A stretch of DNA of 64,000 nt from Convolutriloba macropyga (lineage: Eukaryota). This document shows positions 25,290 through 39,399 of this stretch, piece by piece. The stretch is from positions 13,330,001 through 13,394,000 of the forward strand of contig NC_134474.1 of assembly GCF_964194025.1 (NCBI RefSeq). Direction: 5' to 3'. The notes beneath the pieces were generated by a model. It searched no databases and was not told where the DNA came from. It saw only the letters and a list, made by a program, of their open reading frames with translations. How positions within the stretch are numbered: the first letter of the stretch is position 1; each line of letters opens with the position of its first letter. Made by a program: the position numbers and the translations under genes.

Positions 25290-27457
25290 ACACCTCCTAT
25301 TGAACATGTGATATCGTGACAGAAATCAAAGTAATCTTGAGACGACGACGTACTTCTTTCTTTCTAAACACAAACTGAAACTTGTCTTTGATGAAAAAAC
25401 AACACGGGTTCAAACATGTGCAAGACAGTAAAAAATCATGTACTCGACTGACCAATCAGAGAAGCGGAGACGACCACAGTGAACTGCTTAGGGTATTAAA
25501 AGAGACCACACCTTGTCTTTGATAATAGAACAACACGTGTTCAAACGTTTGCAAGACGGTAATAAAGCTTAAACTCGACGGCCCAATCAGAAAAGCTGAG
25601 TCAAGTACACTGAATTGCTTATGGTAATGAAACACACGTTTTGACACATGCAGTAGACACAAAAATTTCCAAAGCTCGGCCAAACTGATACAAACGCCGA
25701 GAGCGGAACTTGCGAAGCAAAAAAATAAAAAAACCATTGTTTCTATATGCACCAGACTGAAATTAATCTTCAGCCCGTTTTCAACCAATTAGAGGCCGGC
25801 AAAAAATACAAAGTAGATAAAAATAGACGAAAAATGTAGACATACAGCATTATTTATTGTTAGTGCTATGAAACTATTATGGGAAAAAAACAGAACAGAA
25901 AAATTCTTCATTGAAGCAAAAAAAGAAAAAAATAGAATTTCCTTCAGAAAATGAAATGAAGTTAGTTTTTTTAGTAAATAACAAAAAAATATGCTCATTT
26001 TATCATGATGCCTAAGTTACGCAGTAAAGTTTAGTCGGACATCAGTTTTTGCTGTTAAAAATTTGTGATTTTTCATAATTTTTCCCAAGTTTTACACTAT
26101 ATTACGTAATCACATTTGCATTATCCCTCAAAAACCTTGCGTTACACAACTTATCGAACTACACAGGTTGTCATTTACAATGCAAAACAATAGGTGCAAA
26201 AGGAATTGCTTTTCGTGGATGTATTTTGCATAAATTTGTCCGAAAATAACAATTTTTACTCAAAGAATACACATTTTTCTCTCGATTTCTACATCTCCCG
26301 ACATTTAAACGTGATAAAAGAATTGCTTTGCCGCAGAATTTCAATCACTTTCTCAGTAGTTTTTTGGAACATTTCAAATAATTTTGAAAATTTGCCTTGT
26401 CCATTTCATACGTTTATTTCTTCCATAATCTCTGCAAATTCGCAATCCCGTCACCTCTGATGCTTCAAATTTCATACCAGACACAATAATTATCAATCTG
26501 GAGCCCTGCACTTAAATTGTATCGGTTTTCGAATCTCCCCACACTCACTAATCTGGGATAACGTATGTTCAATAAAAGTATCAAATTTAAATCAGATTTG
26601 GGATCAAAACTACCAAAATTTGACTCCATTTCGTTTTACTGTCGATCTATAACATAAAACTTATCAAGAGATTGAAATAAAGAAAAGTTAAGTCGGTTAT
26701 ATGTCTTTTAAAAACCCATGAATGGTCTTTTTGACTAAAAAAGTGTTTAAGATTTTTTAACTTTAAAATCAACTTTATGGACCCCAGAAATTGCTGAATT
26801 TTATAAGTTTTTCAATATTTCCACAAACTGAAAAATTTTTATCAAGCGCACAAAATAGCTGGAAATATCATAAGTTTTGCCCAGCAAAGAATTTTGGCAA
26901 ATATTTTACAAGTTTTTCTCACCGCACAAAAATGACAAAATTTTTGTCCCCCAAAAAGAGTGCAGAAAGTTTTACAATTTTTTGTCCCGGCAAAAATCGA
27001 GAAATTTTTTACAAGTTTTTGGTCCCTCCGACAAAATTGAGATGCAAAAATTTTTTAACTCAAAAATGTACCACACGATTTGTCACGGGGGGACGCCCCC
27101 ACCCGTGGCAAAACGTTATGCATGATTCGTCACGGGGGATGGACGTCCCCCCGTGACAATACGTGCATTTTAGTATACTACTTATATTAGAGAGTTTTTG
27201 CGGCCAGTTATAGGGTAACGTACAGATAGTATTATTCCTTTTGTAGTTCAACGAGACTGTTTGTCAGACCGCAAAAAAGTGTATCCAATATTGCAGGATT
27301 GTTGCGGCCAGTTATAGAGCAGCGTATTGATAGTTTTTTCCGATGTACTTCAAAGAGACTGTCTGTCAGACCGCAAAATAGTGTATTTTATATTAGAAGA
27401 CTCTTGCGGCCAGACAGGGCAGCGTATACTTCTGTCTGGCAGTCTCTTTGAATTACT
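25290..27457 (-). repeat. Polinton right TIR
   Basis: Inverted counterpart of 14308-16060, plus GC-rich hairpins (27081-27157) and ~103-bp subterminal repeats (27185-27428). Confidence 0.9.
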
Positions 27458-28927
27458 CAAAGAAATTCAAACAAAAAATTCAACCAAAAAATAAATGCAA
27501 CCTAATGAACAAATCAAACATCCGTCAGAAGAATTTTAAAAAACTGAGCACTATCATTTAATGCAGATACAGTTAAACAACGAGCCGAAAATGTACAAAA
27601 ACTGCACCACAAGAAAAAGAAGGTCTCGCTCAATTATTTAAAGATTTCGTAAATACGTTCACAGACAGCGACTTATCCGAATAAAGAAACAGGAGAAAAT
27701 CTAACATTTTTTCCTGGTTCAAACACCGTTTTTGGTGTAGCTTTGTATGCAAATTTGAAGACGGTTTGAAGTTTACCTATGATCTGTACTGCCTGCCTGA
27801 AGATTATTTATGTATAACAGAAGTTTAAATACAGGTGAAACCACATTAAAAAACCCCAAGGCTGAAAATCAAGCGTTCACCATGGAAAACCCAACTACAC
27901 AAAGCACCTCTTTAGGGGTGTCTCCAAAAGATAAAGAAAATCTATATTCAATAGAACACGACTCGGTAACTACGGATCTAAACCCAGCTCTTTTAGAGAC
28001 CTTTCTTCTCCTTATCACCTTTTAACATCTTATCTCTCGATTATACAACGAACATTTATAAGAATCAGTTAAAAACATTTCAATCAACAAAACTTCTTCC
28101 ATTTTTAAATCAAAACTTAAATACTACTTCACCCACACAGCAAAAGCCAAAACACCGCTATAAAAACTTCAAAAAGAGAATTCAAACCATTTCATTGCTC
28201 AGCCAATTATACTAAGTAGGTCACAAAAAAGTTAAGAATCACTGAGGAACAAACAAAGCATGCAAATGGTATAGCGAACTGTAACCCTAGCGGAACAATT
28301 TACTCGAGATAACAATCAGGCAGTCACGAATGCCCCAACTCCAAATTACCTACAATTCGCTCCAACACAAAATAGTTTGTCCTGTAGTGAGAAGAATTAA
28401 TCACGTGATTTACCCTTGTTTAAGCGGCTCAACTTTTTTGCAACAGTCGCTAAGACAATTTGACGGTACAGAATGGTACAGACCAAACATAGAGCAGAAA
28501 AAAAGTATTTTTATCTTTGCAAAAAAAAGGTCATGACGGCGGGCCATAATAAAAATGTTTGACTTCTAACTAAGAAGTCGAACAAAACTATCAACCTTTT
28601 GTCACGAAATTAATCAACAGTCAAAAACACGAGCATATTTACTTTTAGAAAGTGTTACACGCTCATCTCGGGAGAGCAAATTATAAATTTTCCATTTAGA
28701 ATAGAGGAAAAACTCGAAAATTTTTTGATAATAATGCATTGCACATGAGAAACACACAAAAGGTCAATTAACATTACAAGTAAACGATTACTGTTTGCAT
28801 CTTGTCCTCAAAGCAATTGCCGAGATTAGAGAAACTCTTCTTGACCAATTTTGCTTTGGTCACCATGTTATTTGTGTCAACCATACACAAGACCAGCCAG
28901 TTATCAAAACAGTAGATCCGCTAATAC

Positions 28928-31900
28928 ATATAAAGAAAAAAAACTCTGAATTTCAATGACCAAATTATTGATGAGACGAAATTGACTCTGGAAGACCTCT
29001 TTTGAGGAATTCTACTTGTGACAAACGACACAAAAGTAGCGCAATTTAGACCAACAACCGATGACACGATGACACCACGGATGATCGCATGACACCACAA
29101 AATCTCATTAGAACATCTATCTATCGACTTCCTCTTGCAACCTGACCAAAATACACAAAAAGGATATTTTAATCGTCAAGACGTCCGTAATCTTTCAAGG
29201 AACAAAATGTTTTTTCATCTTACTCAAAAACTGATTTTTTAGTACTACACCTAACTCTTAGCAAAAGGAGTTTTGGTCTCTTTGGTCACAAACGCACTTT
29301 GAAAAGGATTTTCAGTTTGACGCGGGAGCAAAAACAATTTTTTTAAATTACCATGCTTTGAACAAAATAACAGAATATTACAAATGCATTCTAGCAGCAT
29401 CTCAGTTTGTTGTCTCAGCAGCAAACAATGCAAAACTACATCAAAAGGAAGGTACGATTGTTGCATCTTTTTACTGATTTTACTACACGTGGAGACACGT
29501 TTTAGACACGAAAATCATGGTGCTAGGGAAAATATTTCTAGAAAAAAAGATAACTCGAAACAATGCACAAGACACCAACTACAAATTAAACATCATTTAA
29601 ACATTCGAAACATTAGGACATGCTAATTCTTAATGAAATCATTTCCATATCAATATGAAGTTTTTCCAGTTATATGAGACAAAAGTTTGCTTTACAAAAA
29701 CTGCTGTTTTACTTGTGCACTAACATCATACGAAGTTAAAAACCGTTATCCCATCGGACCTCAAGTTTACAAGCCTGATATTTCATTGTCAGAACTTATA
29801 TTTTTAAAATATTTTCTAAATGTTTATAAACAATATTGAAAAACCAATCTATTTTGAACTTTTTTCAAATTTGAAAATCTTCAAATAATCTTTTAAAGCT
29901 AAAATTTCTACAATTGGACTAACTGGTTACCCAAAACAAGACATTTTATTAGCAGAAACAAATACAACTAAATACCAGTTAAATGAAATCTTAGAGTCTT
30001 TGAAGGCATTTATTGCAAACTTTTCAAGTCATGAAACCTTTAACAAATCAAAAACTAGATAAGAAATAAACACCAGACCTTACGATTAAACCAAAAAGAC
30101 TGCGTTTTTTGTTTCGCACATATCTTTCCAGAACACCAAACAACAGCTTTTCGATACGTTCAGCATTGAACATATAAAACTCACCAAAGCACAATTCAAA
30201 CACAAAACTCATCTCTTAACAAAAGATGAAAAGGCTACACTTCCTCTAAGTTTAAAGAAGGTAAATATAAATAGGTTTCAGTTATTTCAGCTTACCATCT
30301 AATCCACCTAGCGTGTTAAAAAACAACGCCTACGCAACCTACAAGCGATTGTTAAGCAAGTTGTTATTGGGTGAGCAAGGCTCCTCGGGGTGGGGGGGAG
30401 GGGTAGACCCCATGTTTTAGGATAGTGTATAGGAGTATTTGTTTGAGCGGGACTACTATAATTTAATGAGATAGAGAAAAAATCTTGGGGCGTGTGCAGT
30501 AAGGGAGGAACAGATGAGGACATTTTTCCAGAATCACTTGTCACTTGATTTTAGAGGTCATTTAGGGGTTAGGAGGGGAATTGTTCCCTCGCAGTAATGT
30601 TTTAAGATTAGGTGTAGCCGCCTAAAATTGAGAAGATTTAAAATTCATAAAAGAATGATTTATGAAGGTACAAAAAGACAGACAAAATTTAAATCAAGTA
30701 CATTACAAGTAACTCTAAACACAACAGAGAGCGCTTACAACAACATGAAAAGCAATTATGCAGTTTACAAGTTTAGGGGTACAGTATGAATTCCATCAGA
30801 TAACACTTTTCGTTCAGGATAAAAAAAGTGAAAATAATTTTTTTGTTTGTTCAAATACAGCGACCCAGTGGTTGATTGTCCAAAATCAGCTATTTGTAGA
30901 TGCTAAGTCGATAGTTTCCTCCATCACTCGCCGATACTTTGCCAATGGTCCATCTCAAGTCTCTTCCAATGTTCTGTTATTTAGTCCTCTGCTGCTGAAT
31001 CTGATTTGGCATCGTAGCAACAATACATTTTGCTACAAAAACAAATTTTTTCAGCATATCTGAATTGAAAAAATCTGGTTCATTCTTTTTGTTAGTTTCA
31101 TGTTTATCATAACGGGTTCTAGGAAAGAAGATATTTACAGCATCAACTTTTTGAAACAATCATCACAATCGGGTTCCCTCAGAGGTTCCCACTCTTTTTT
31201 CTTAGATGGACCAATGCAATATAAAGAAAAAAACTCTGAATTTAAATGACCAAATAATTGATGAGACAAAATTGACTCTGGAAGACCTCATTGAGGAATT
31301 GTCCTTGTGACATACGACACAAAAGTAACGCAATTTAGACCAACAACCGATGGCACGATGACACCACGGATGATCGCATGACACCACAAAATCTCATTAG
31401 AACATCTATCTATCGACTTCCTCTTGCAACCTGACCAAAATACACAAAAAGGATATTTTAATCGTCAAGACGTCCGTAATCTTTCAAGGAACAAAATGTT
31501 TTTTCATCTTACTCAAAAACTGATTTTTTAGTACTACACCTAACTCTTAGCAAAAGGAGTTAGTCTCTTTGGTCACAAACGCACTTTGAAAAGGATTTTC
31601 AGTTTGACGCGGGAGCAAAAACAATTTTTTTAAATTACCATGCTTTGAACAAAATAACAGAATATTACAAATGCATACTAGCAGCATCTCAGTTTGTTGT
31701 CTCAGCAGCAAACAATGCAAAACTACATCAAAAGGAAGGTACGATTGTTGCGTATTTTTACTGATTTTACTACACGTGGAGATACGTTTTAGACACAAAA
31801 ATCATGGTGCTAGGGAAAATAATTATAGAAATAAAGATAACTCGAAACAATGCACAAGACACCAACTACAGATTAAACATCTTTTAAACATTCGAAACAT

Positions 31901-33498
31901 TAGGACAAGTTAATCCTTAATGAAATCATTTCCATATCAATATGAAGTTTTTCCAGTTATATGAGACAAAAGTTTGCTTTACAAAAACTGCTGTTTTATT
32001 TGTGCACTGACATCTTACGAAGTTAAAAACCGTTATCCCATCGGACCTCATTTTTACAAGCCTGACATTTCATTGTCAGAACTTATATTTTTTTTAAATA
32101 TTTTCTAAATGTTTATAAACAATAATGACAACCCAATCTATTTTGTAATTTTTTCAAATTTGAAATTCTTCAAATAATCTTTTAAAGCTAAAATTTCTAC
32201 AATTGGAATAACTGGTTACCCAAAACAAGACATTTTATTAGCAGAAACAAATACAACTAAATACCAGTTAAATGAAGTCTTAGAGTCTTTGAAGGCATTT
32301 ATTGCAAACTTTTCAAGTCATGAAACCTTTAACAAATCAAAAACTAGATAAGAAATAAACACCAGACCTTACGATTAAACCAAAAAGACTTTGCTTTTTT
32401 TGTTTCGCACATATCTTTCCAGAACACCAAACAACAGCTTTTCGATACATTCAGCATTGAACATATAAAACTCACCGAAGCACAATTCAAACACAAAACT
32501 CATCTCTTAACAAAAAATGAAAAAGCTACACTTCCTCTAAGTTTAAAGAAGGTAAAATATAAATAGGTTTCAGTTATTTCAGCTTACAATCTAATCCACC
32601 TAGCAAGCTAAAAAACAACGCCTACACAACCTACAAGCGATTGTTAAGCAAGTTTTTATTGGGTGAGCAAGGCTCCTCGGGGGGGGGGGGGTTAGACCCC
32701 GTGTTTTAGGATAGTGTATAGGAGTATTTGTTTGAGCGGGACTACTATAATTTAATGCGATAGAGTATAAATCTTGGGGCGTGTGCAGTAAGTGAGGAAC
32801 AGATGAGGACATCACTTGTCACTTGATTTTAGAGGTCATTTAGGGGTTAGGAGTGGAATTGTTTCCTCGCAGTAATGTTTTAAGATTAGGTGTAGCCGCC
32901 TAAAATTGAGAAAATTTAAAATTCATAAACGAATGATTTATGAAGGTACAAAAAGACAGACAAAATATAAATCAAGTACATTACAAGTAACTCTAAACAC
33001 AACAGAGAGCGCTTACAACAACATGAAAAGCAATTATGCAGTTTACAAATTTAGGGGTACAGTATGAATTCCATCAGATAACACTTTTCGTTCAGGATAA
33101 AAAAAGTGAAAATAATTTTTTTGTTTGTTCAAATACAGCGACCCAGTGGTTGATTGTCCAAAATCAGCTATTTGTAGATGCTAAGTCGATAGTTTCCTCC
33201 ATCACTCGCCGATACTTTGCCAATGGTCCATCTCAAGTCTCTTCCAATGTTCTGTTATTTAGTCCTCTGCTGCTGAATCTGATTTGGCATCGTAGCAACA
33301 ATAAATTTTGCTACAAAAGCAAATCTTTTCAGCACATCTAAATTGAACAAATCTGGTTAATTCTTTTTGTGAATTTCATGTTTATCATAACGGGTTCTAG
33401 GAAAGAAGATTTTTACAGCATCAACTTTTTGAAACAATCATCACAATCGCGTTCCCTCAGAGGTTCCCACTCTGTTTTTTTAGATGGACGAATGCAAT
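28928..33498 (+). repeat. Tandem duplication, 2 x ~2.29 kb (28928-31218, 31219-33498), including the pPolB 3' end
   Basis: Both units start 'atataaagaaaaaaa(a)ctctgaattt' and end 'tagatggac(c/g)aatgcaat'; paired ORFs appear in the track (29384/31671, 30758/33036). Confidence 0.95.
30765..31218 (-). pseudogene. Duplicated C-terminal fragment of pPolB
   Basis: 'FFPRT', 'DGPLAKYRRV', 'DGIHTVPL'; copy of 33043-33498. Confidence 0.8.
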
Positions 33499-36400
33499 CG
33501 TACAATTTTTTGTTTGCTTGGTCTAAGTATATGGAGTCAGTGTCCTTTTCTATCTCTTTAATGGATTCCACATCGCGAAGTTTATCAAAAATTGTAATAA
33601 AGCTCCAGCATACGTTTTTTTGCTTACTGAAGTATTTAAAAAAGCCGACATATCGGTTCGCGATGCTAAATTTTTGATTTTACAGTTTCAACTTCGTATA
33701 GTTCCTTCAACACATTGTTAAGTCTCTTAGACAACTTCCTGTTGATAGCCTTGTGTTTTTCATCGTTCAGTTATTTTGCCTCTGTATGTCTGCTTCATTC
33801 CACAATTTCGTAACCATAGGAACTACTGTTCCTTACCAATTTCCTTGTCTCTGCTACAAGGCTTGATTCAAGGTTTTCATCTCCAGCTCTTCTAGCATCA
33901 ACAATTGACTGGAAAAAAATGTTGAAGCGTTTTTTGGGAGTGTACTAAACCAAGCAATAAATCTTTGAGCATTTAAGCCCAAGACTAGGGTTAAAGTTGA
34001 GTAAAGGTGTTATGACTGTTCCATTCTCCATCTTGAAGCTCGAAATCCACATGCATTGTGTTTCCTTCAGTTAATCGTTATCAATTGAATAGACCCTCAT
34101 ATAATCACCAATATCTGCTCGACAAACATTGAAGTTCTCAAAGACTGGTTGAAAGTTTGGGAACTTCTATATCAACCCATCTGGAATTTCGAGATCACTC
34201 TGAACGTAACTAAACAATTTCTATTTTCTTAGCTTAGCAAGAAGAAATTATTACGTCAGAGTTAATTTGAAAAAGAAAAGTGTTTCTCACGTAAATTTTC
34301 AAAGAATCATTGTCTTTGAGAGTTTCCCACCAGAACTGTTCCCATATTTCGACAACTTTGTATTCTTTGTTCCGCAATTATCCTTGTCTCAGTTCGTCAT
34401 ATTGCCGTTTCTTGAGTCCTCTCTGGGTCTCCTATTCTGATTTTTTTTCTTGCTTCCTGACATGCACAAGAGTGAAAGTAGCAACCCATTGCTTCAAATA
34501 GAGTTCTGAAGTGGGCACATAATCTGTCTTCATTAAAACAATCAATCTTTTTCTGACTTTTAGTTGTGTAGTGACTTTCAATAGTGCAGGTAGGATGCTG
34601 AGTACGATTTAACAATGCTATCAATTTTCGTTGTTTTATTTTGCCTAGCTTTAAACTTCTGAGAGTCTGTATCAATTTCCCATGTAGTGTAAAGCCCAGT
34701 GGGCATTTGTTGACACCTTAATAAGGGATTATGTTGACTGGCGTCTATACCCACAATTGACTTGCAAATGTTTTTTGAGTTTTAAACATTTGTTTGATCT
34801 TCAACTTTTTTTTCTAGTAGAAACAATAGAGGGACCACCGGTCGTATTCTCACATATTTTTGTCAAGTAAATCTTTTGTCTGCTTCAACGAAAGGATAGA
34901 AATTGTTATCAATTAATTTCCAAAAATTGCACGTTTTACTTCCCGTGGGGGACAAATCCTTCAACATTTCTTTTTCAGAGCCTCTTGTTGGGAACGTCCA
35001 CTATTCAACAATATTGTGAAATCCGTAAATTTTTTCTCCAAGAGATTGTTGTCATTCGACTTAAAAAAAGAAAGAATTGTAAGGGGGAATGAAAAATGCA
35101 TCTAATTTGTTTGGTGAGTCAAACCACATAAGAGAAAATCCTTTGAGCTCACTTGTGTTGTAGGCTTTGACGAACGAATCTGTGACGTTGTTCCTCCAAG
35201 AATGTTTAAAATATAGAGAAGTTGTATATTATCAAAAAAAAGATACAAAATGATTTGCCTTTTTTTAATAACGGTTGGCTGAATATTTTTTTCGTGAATA
35301 GGGTAGGGCAATAAACAAGACTTGCAAAATAAAATTCAAATCACTTTTTCTGCTGTTGAATCTAAATAGAGTTAAAGTGTTAACATAATGTTCAAAATGT
35401 TGTTGTAGTTTGAGAAGTTGAATTCTCTGAATTGGGAGGAAATGAGTTGACATGTCAATTTTTATCTTCGATATATTGAAAATCAAGCATTGGAGAACTT
35501 TCAATTTTCCATTCAATTAGATTCCCGAAAATGGTATTTGTTCAGGTTTTAATTGCATCTTCAATGGTGAAAAAAATTGCAACATTTCTGCTTTACTTTT
35601 GCTAGCTAGTTCTTCTACAGTTTCAACAAATTGTACAATCAGTGTCTTGGGGTATCTGTTGCATACGAAAATGGGTTCTCTTTAGAAATTAGAGAAAATT
35701 GACAAACGGATTGGTTCGTGTTTTTCTATCCAAGTAGTTGTATGGTCAAATTGTTGTATGGTCAAATCCAAGTAGTTGCATGCAAGTCAAATACATCCAA
35801 GTTTTTGAAAATTTTTTGGTCTTCCACATATTTTCCAGATCCACCAAGTTTATCGAACAAAGTTTCTCTTAAAGCGTAATTACTCTTTGGATTAGCGTGC
35901 TGTATCCTATCTTTGCAAGATTTCATGCGACGGTGGAAATTACCAGCACGCCTAAAAAATATCATAGTTAGGACACCGGAATCGTTTGAAAAACGTGTTG
36001 ATATCACCAACAAGGCAAATGTGGTTTTTGTATAGCAGTAGATTATTGAGTCTCTTGTACAACTCAATGCCTGTTCTTGCAGGTTCACCTACAAAATCCG
36101 CGTCCGCAATCTCAATGTCATAAACGAAAATGTTATGTTTTATAGCATTTCAACAAACACAAGGTGATCCTACTATAATTGAAGGTAAATATATACAATT
36201 GACGTTAACGTGAGTCGAACCACATAAGAGAAAATCCTTTGAGCTCACTTGTGTTTTAGGCTTTGACGAACGAATCTGTGACGTTGTTCCTCCAAGAATG
36301 TTTAAAATATAGAGAAGTTGTATATTATCAGAAAAAAGATACAAAATGATTTGCCTTTTTTTAATAACGGTTGGCTGAATATTTTTTTCGTGAATAGGGT

Positions 36401-38750
36401 AGGGCAATAAAGAAGACTTGCAAAATTAAATTCAAATCACTTTTTCTGCTGTTGAATCCAAATAGAGTTAAAGTGTTAACATAATGTTCAAAATGTTGTT
36501 GTAGTTTGAGAAGTTGAATTCTCTGAATTGGGAGGAAATGAGTTGACATGTCAATTTTTATCTTCGATATATTGAAAATCAAGCATTGGAGAACTTTCAA
36601 TTTTCCATTCAATTAGATTCCCGAAAATGGTATTTGTTCAGGTTTTAATTGCATCTTCAATGGTGAAAAAAATTGCAACATTTCTGCTTTACTTTTGCTA
36701 GCTAGTTCTTCTACAGTTTCAGCAACTTGTACAATCAGTGTCTTGGGGTATCTGTTGCATACGAAAATGGGTTCTCTTTAGAAATTAGAGAAAATTGACA
36801 AACGGATTGGTTCGTGTTTTTCTATCCAAGTAGTTGTATGGTCAAATTGTTGTATGGTCAAATCCAAGTAGTTGCATGCAAGTCAAATACATCCAAGTTT
36901 TTGAAAATTTTTTGGTCTTCCACATATTTTCCAGATCCACCAAGTTTATCGAACAAAGTTTCTCTTAAAGCGTAATTACTCTTTGGATTAGCGTGCTGTA
37001 TCCTATCTTTGCAAGATTTCATGCGACGGTGGAAATTACCAGCACGCCTAAAAAATATCATAGTTAGGACACCGGAATCGTTTGAAAAACGTGTTGATAT
37101 CACCAACAAGGCAAATGTGGTTTTTGTATAGCAGTAGATTATTGAGTCTCTTGTACAACTCAATGCCTGTTCTTGCAGGTTCACCTACAAAATCCGCGTC
37201 CGCAATCTCAATGTCATAAACGAAAATGTTATGTTTTATAGCATTTCAACAAACACAAGGTGATCCTACTATAATTGAAGGTAAATATATACAATTGACG
37301 TTAACGTGAGTCGAACCACATAAGAGAAAACCTTTTGAGCTCACTTGTGTTTTAGGCTTTGACGAACGAATCTGTGACGTTGTTCCTCCAAGAATGTTTA
37401 AAATATAGAGAAGTTGTATATTATCAAAAAAAAGATACAAAATGATTTGCCTTTTTTTAATAACGGTTGGCTGAATATTTTTTTCGTGAATAGGGTAGGG
37501 CAATAAAGAAGACTTGCAAAATTAAATTCAAATCACTTTTTCTGCTGTTGAATCCAAATAGAGTTAAAGTGTTAACATAATGTTCAAAATGTTGTTGTAG
37601 TTTGAGAAGTTGAATTCTCTGAATTGGGAGGAAATGAGTTGACATGTCAATTTTTATCTTCGATATATTGAAAATCAAGCATTGGAGAACTTTCAATTTT
37701 CCATTCAATTAGATTCCCGAAAATGGTATTTGTTCAGGTTTTAATTGCATCTTCAATGGTGAAAAAAATTGCAACATTTCTGCTTTACTTTTGCTAGCTA
37801 GTTCTTCTACAGTTTCAACAACTTGTACAATCAGTGTCTTGGGGTATCTGTTGCATACGAAAATGGGTTCTCTTTAGAAATTAGAGAAAATTGACAAACG
37901 GATTGGTTCGTGTTTTTCTATCCAAGTAGTTGTATGGTCAAATTGTTGTATGGTCAAATCCAAGTAGTTGCATGCAAGTCAAATACATCCAAGTTTTTGA
38001 AAATTTTTTGGTCTTCCACATATTTTCCAGATCCACCAAGTTTATCGAACAAAGTTTCTCTTAAAGCGTAATTACTCTTTGGATTAGCGTGCTGTATCCT
38101 ATCTTTGCAAGATTTCATGCGACGGTGGAAATTACCAGCACGCCTAAAAAATATCATAGTTAGGACACCGGAATCGTTTGAAAAACGTGTTGATATCACC
38201 AACAAGGCAAATGTGGTTTTTGTATAGCAGTAGATTATTGAGTCTCTTGTACAACTCAATGCCTGTTCTTGCAGGTTCACCTACAAAATCCGCGTCCGCA
38301 ATCTCAATGTCATAAACGAAAATGTTATGTTTTATAGCATTTCAACAAACACAAGGTGATCCTACTATAATTGAAGGTAAATATATACAATTGACGTTAA
38401 CGTGATTATGTTACAAACAACAAACCAATCAAGTTTTAGTTTTGAAAAACTTGTTCAAATAGTTAATGATATCGCTTTGTTCATCTCTTTGTCTCCTATA
38501 ACATTTTCTATTTTAATTGAATTATACGTAAAATTTAACGTATTTGTGAAGCATTTTGTCGAAAAACTACCTACAAAATTCGGAGAAGATTTTGAAGAGA
38601 AGAGAAGGATTACTTGATGCAAACAAAATTGACGAATTTGATGTAGATTCCTACTTTTTTACAATTTCTTGGGTATTTTCAAAGAATCCAACGAAAAAAT
38701 CCGATTTATCAACGGTTTTGAGTATTCAACGTTCTTAATTAAAAAACTTG
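33043..38750 (-). pseudogene. Protein-primed family B DNA polymerase (Polinton pPolB), decayed and internally triplicated
   Basis: 'NHICLVGDIN..FRCP', 'ETLFDKL', 'FGFNSRKSDLN', 'GGPSIV..KSIVGIDASQ', 'FEAMGCYFHSC', 'NSSSYGY', 'DGIHTVPLNL*'. Confidence 0.9.
35114..38401 (+). repeat. Tandem triplication, 3 x 1096 bp (35114, 36210, 37306) within pPolB
   Basis: Identical 108-aa ORFs at 1096-bp spacing (35762/36858/37954); GTGA microhomology at the junctions. Confidence 0.97.
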
Positions 38751-39399
38751 AATGTAAGGAGTTTAATGCAAATTAGTCTTTCGATTTATCCTCAGAATTG
38801 CATGTAAGCAAATACGAATTGCGTCACTTTGAACTCCGTACCCGATTTATTGGAACAGTAAAGATATATTTCACAAAAAAAAACTTTTTTCTGCCCCCAC
38901 ACCCATTAACAAAAATTTCTCTAATACAGAGAGCTTTGTATTTTCATTGTTAAAACAACTACAGTGTAATGGGAGTACGGATCTAATTAGGAATTCGTTT
39001 GGCTAACGCATATACACAAAAATTTGATTCCAAAAATGAAACATTTTCCGAAATTGATCTGAGAATGGACGAATTGGAAAAAGCTTATCAACGCTTGACT
39101 TTCTAGGTAAATTATGTAACCTCAATTCAACAACATTAGAATTTTTTAAGTAAAAAGCGTAGTCTGAAACTTGTACGTATCCTTCACTTCATACCCCGTT
39201 ATTAAATCTTTCCCAAATTTGGATTTAAACTTTTGTTCTGTCAGTAATGTTAAGCTAAACGTCACTTTTTCCAGTAAAATCTTCCATCTTTGGTTGCTGT
39301 TCTCTGATTGCATAGAGCAACCTATATATAGAGGAACTGAATTCAGAAATTATCGTTTGACCCAACTTCTCTGAAATTATTGTCGCTACTGTTTCTCAT

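Larger units (their letters stand above)
14308..27457 (-). mobile_element. Decayed Polinton/Maverick (adintovirus-like) element
   Basis: Long diverged TIRs flank minus-strand remnants of adenain protease, MCP, core protein, penton, rve integrase and A32-like ATPase. The right end reads ...cagtctctttgaattact. Confidence 0.93.

Noticed and set aside
27185-27428. CRISPR-like array
   Set aside because: Whole units are similar with no unique spacers, there are no cas genes, and the context is a eukaryotic TIR.
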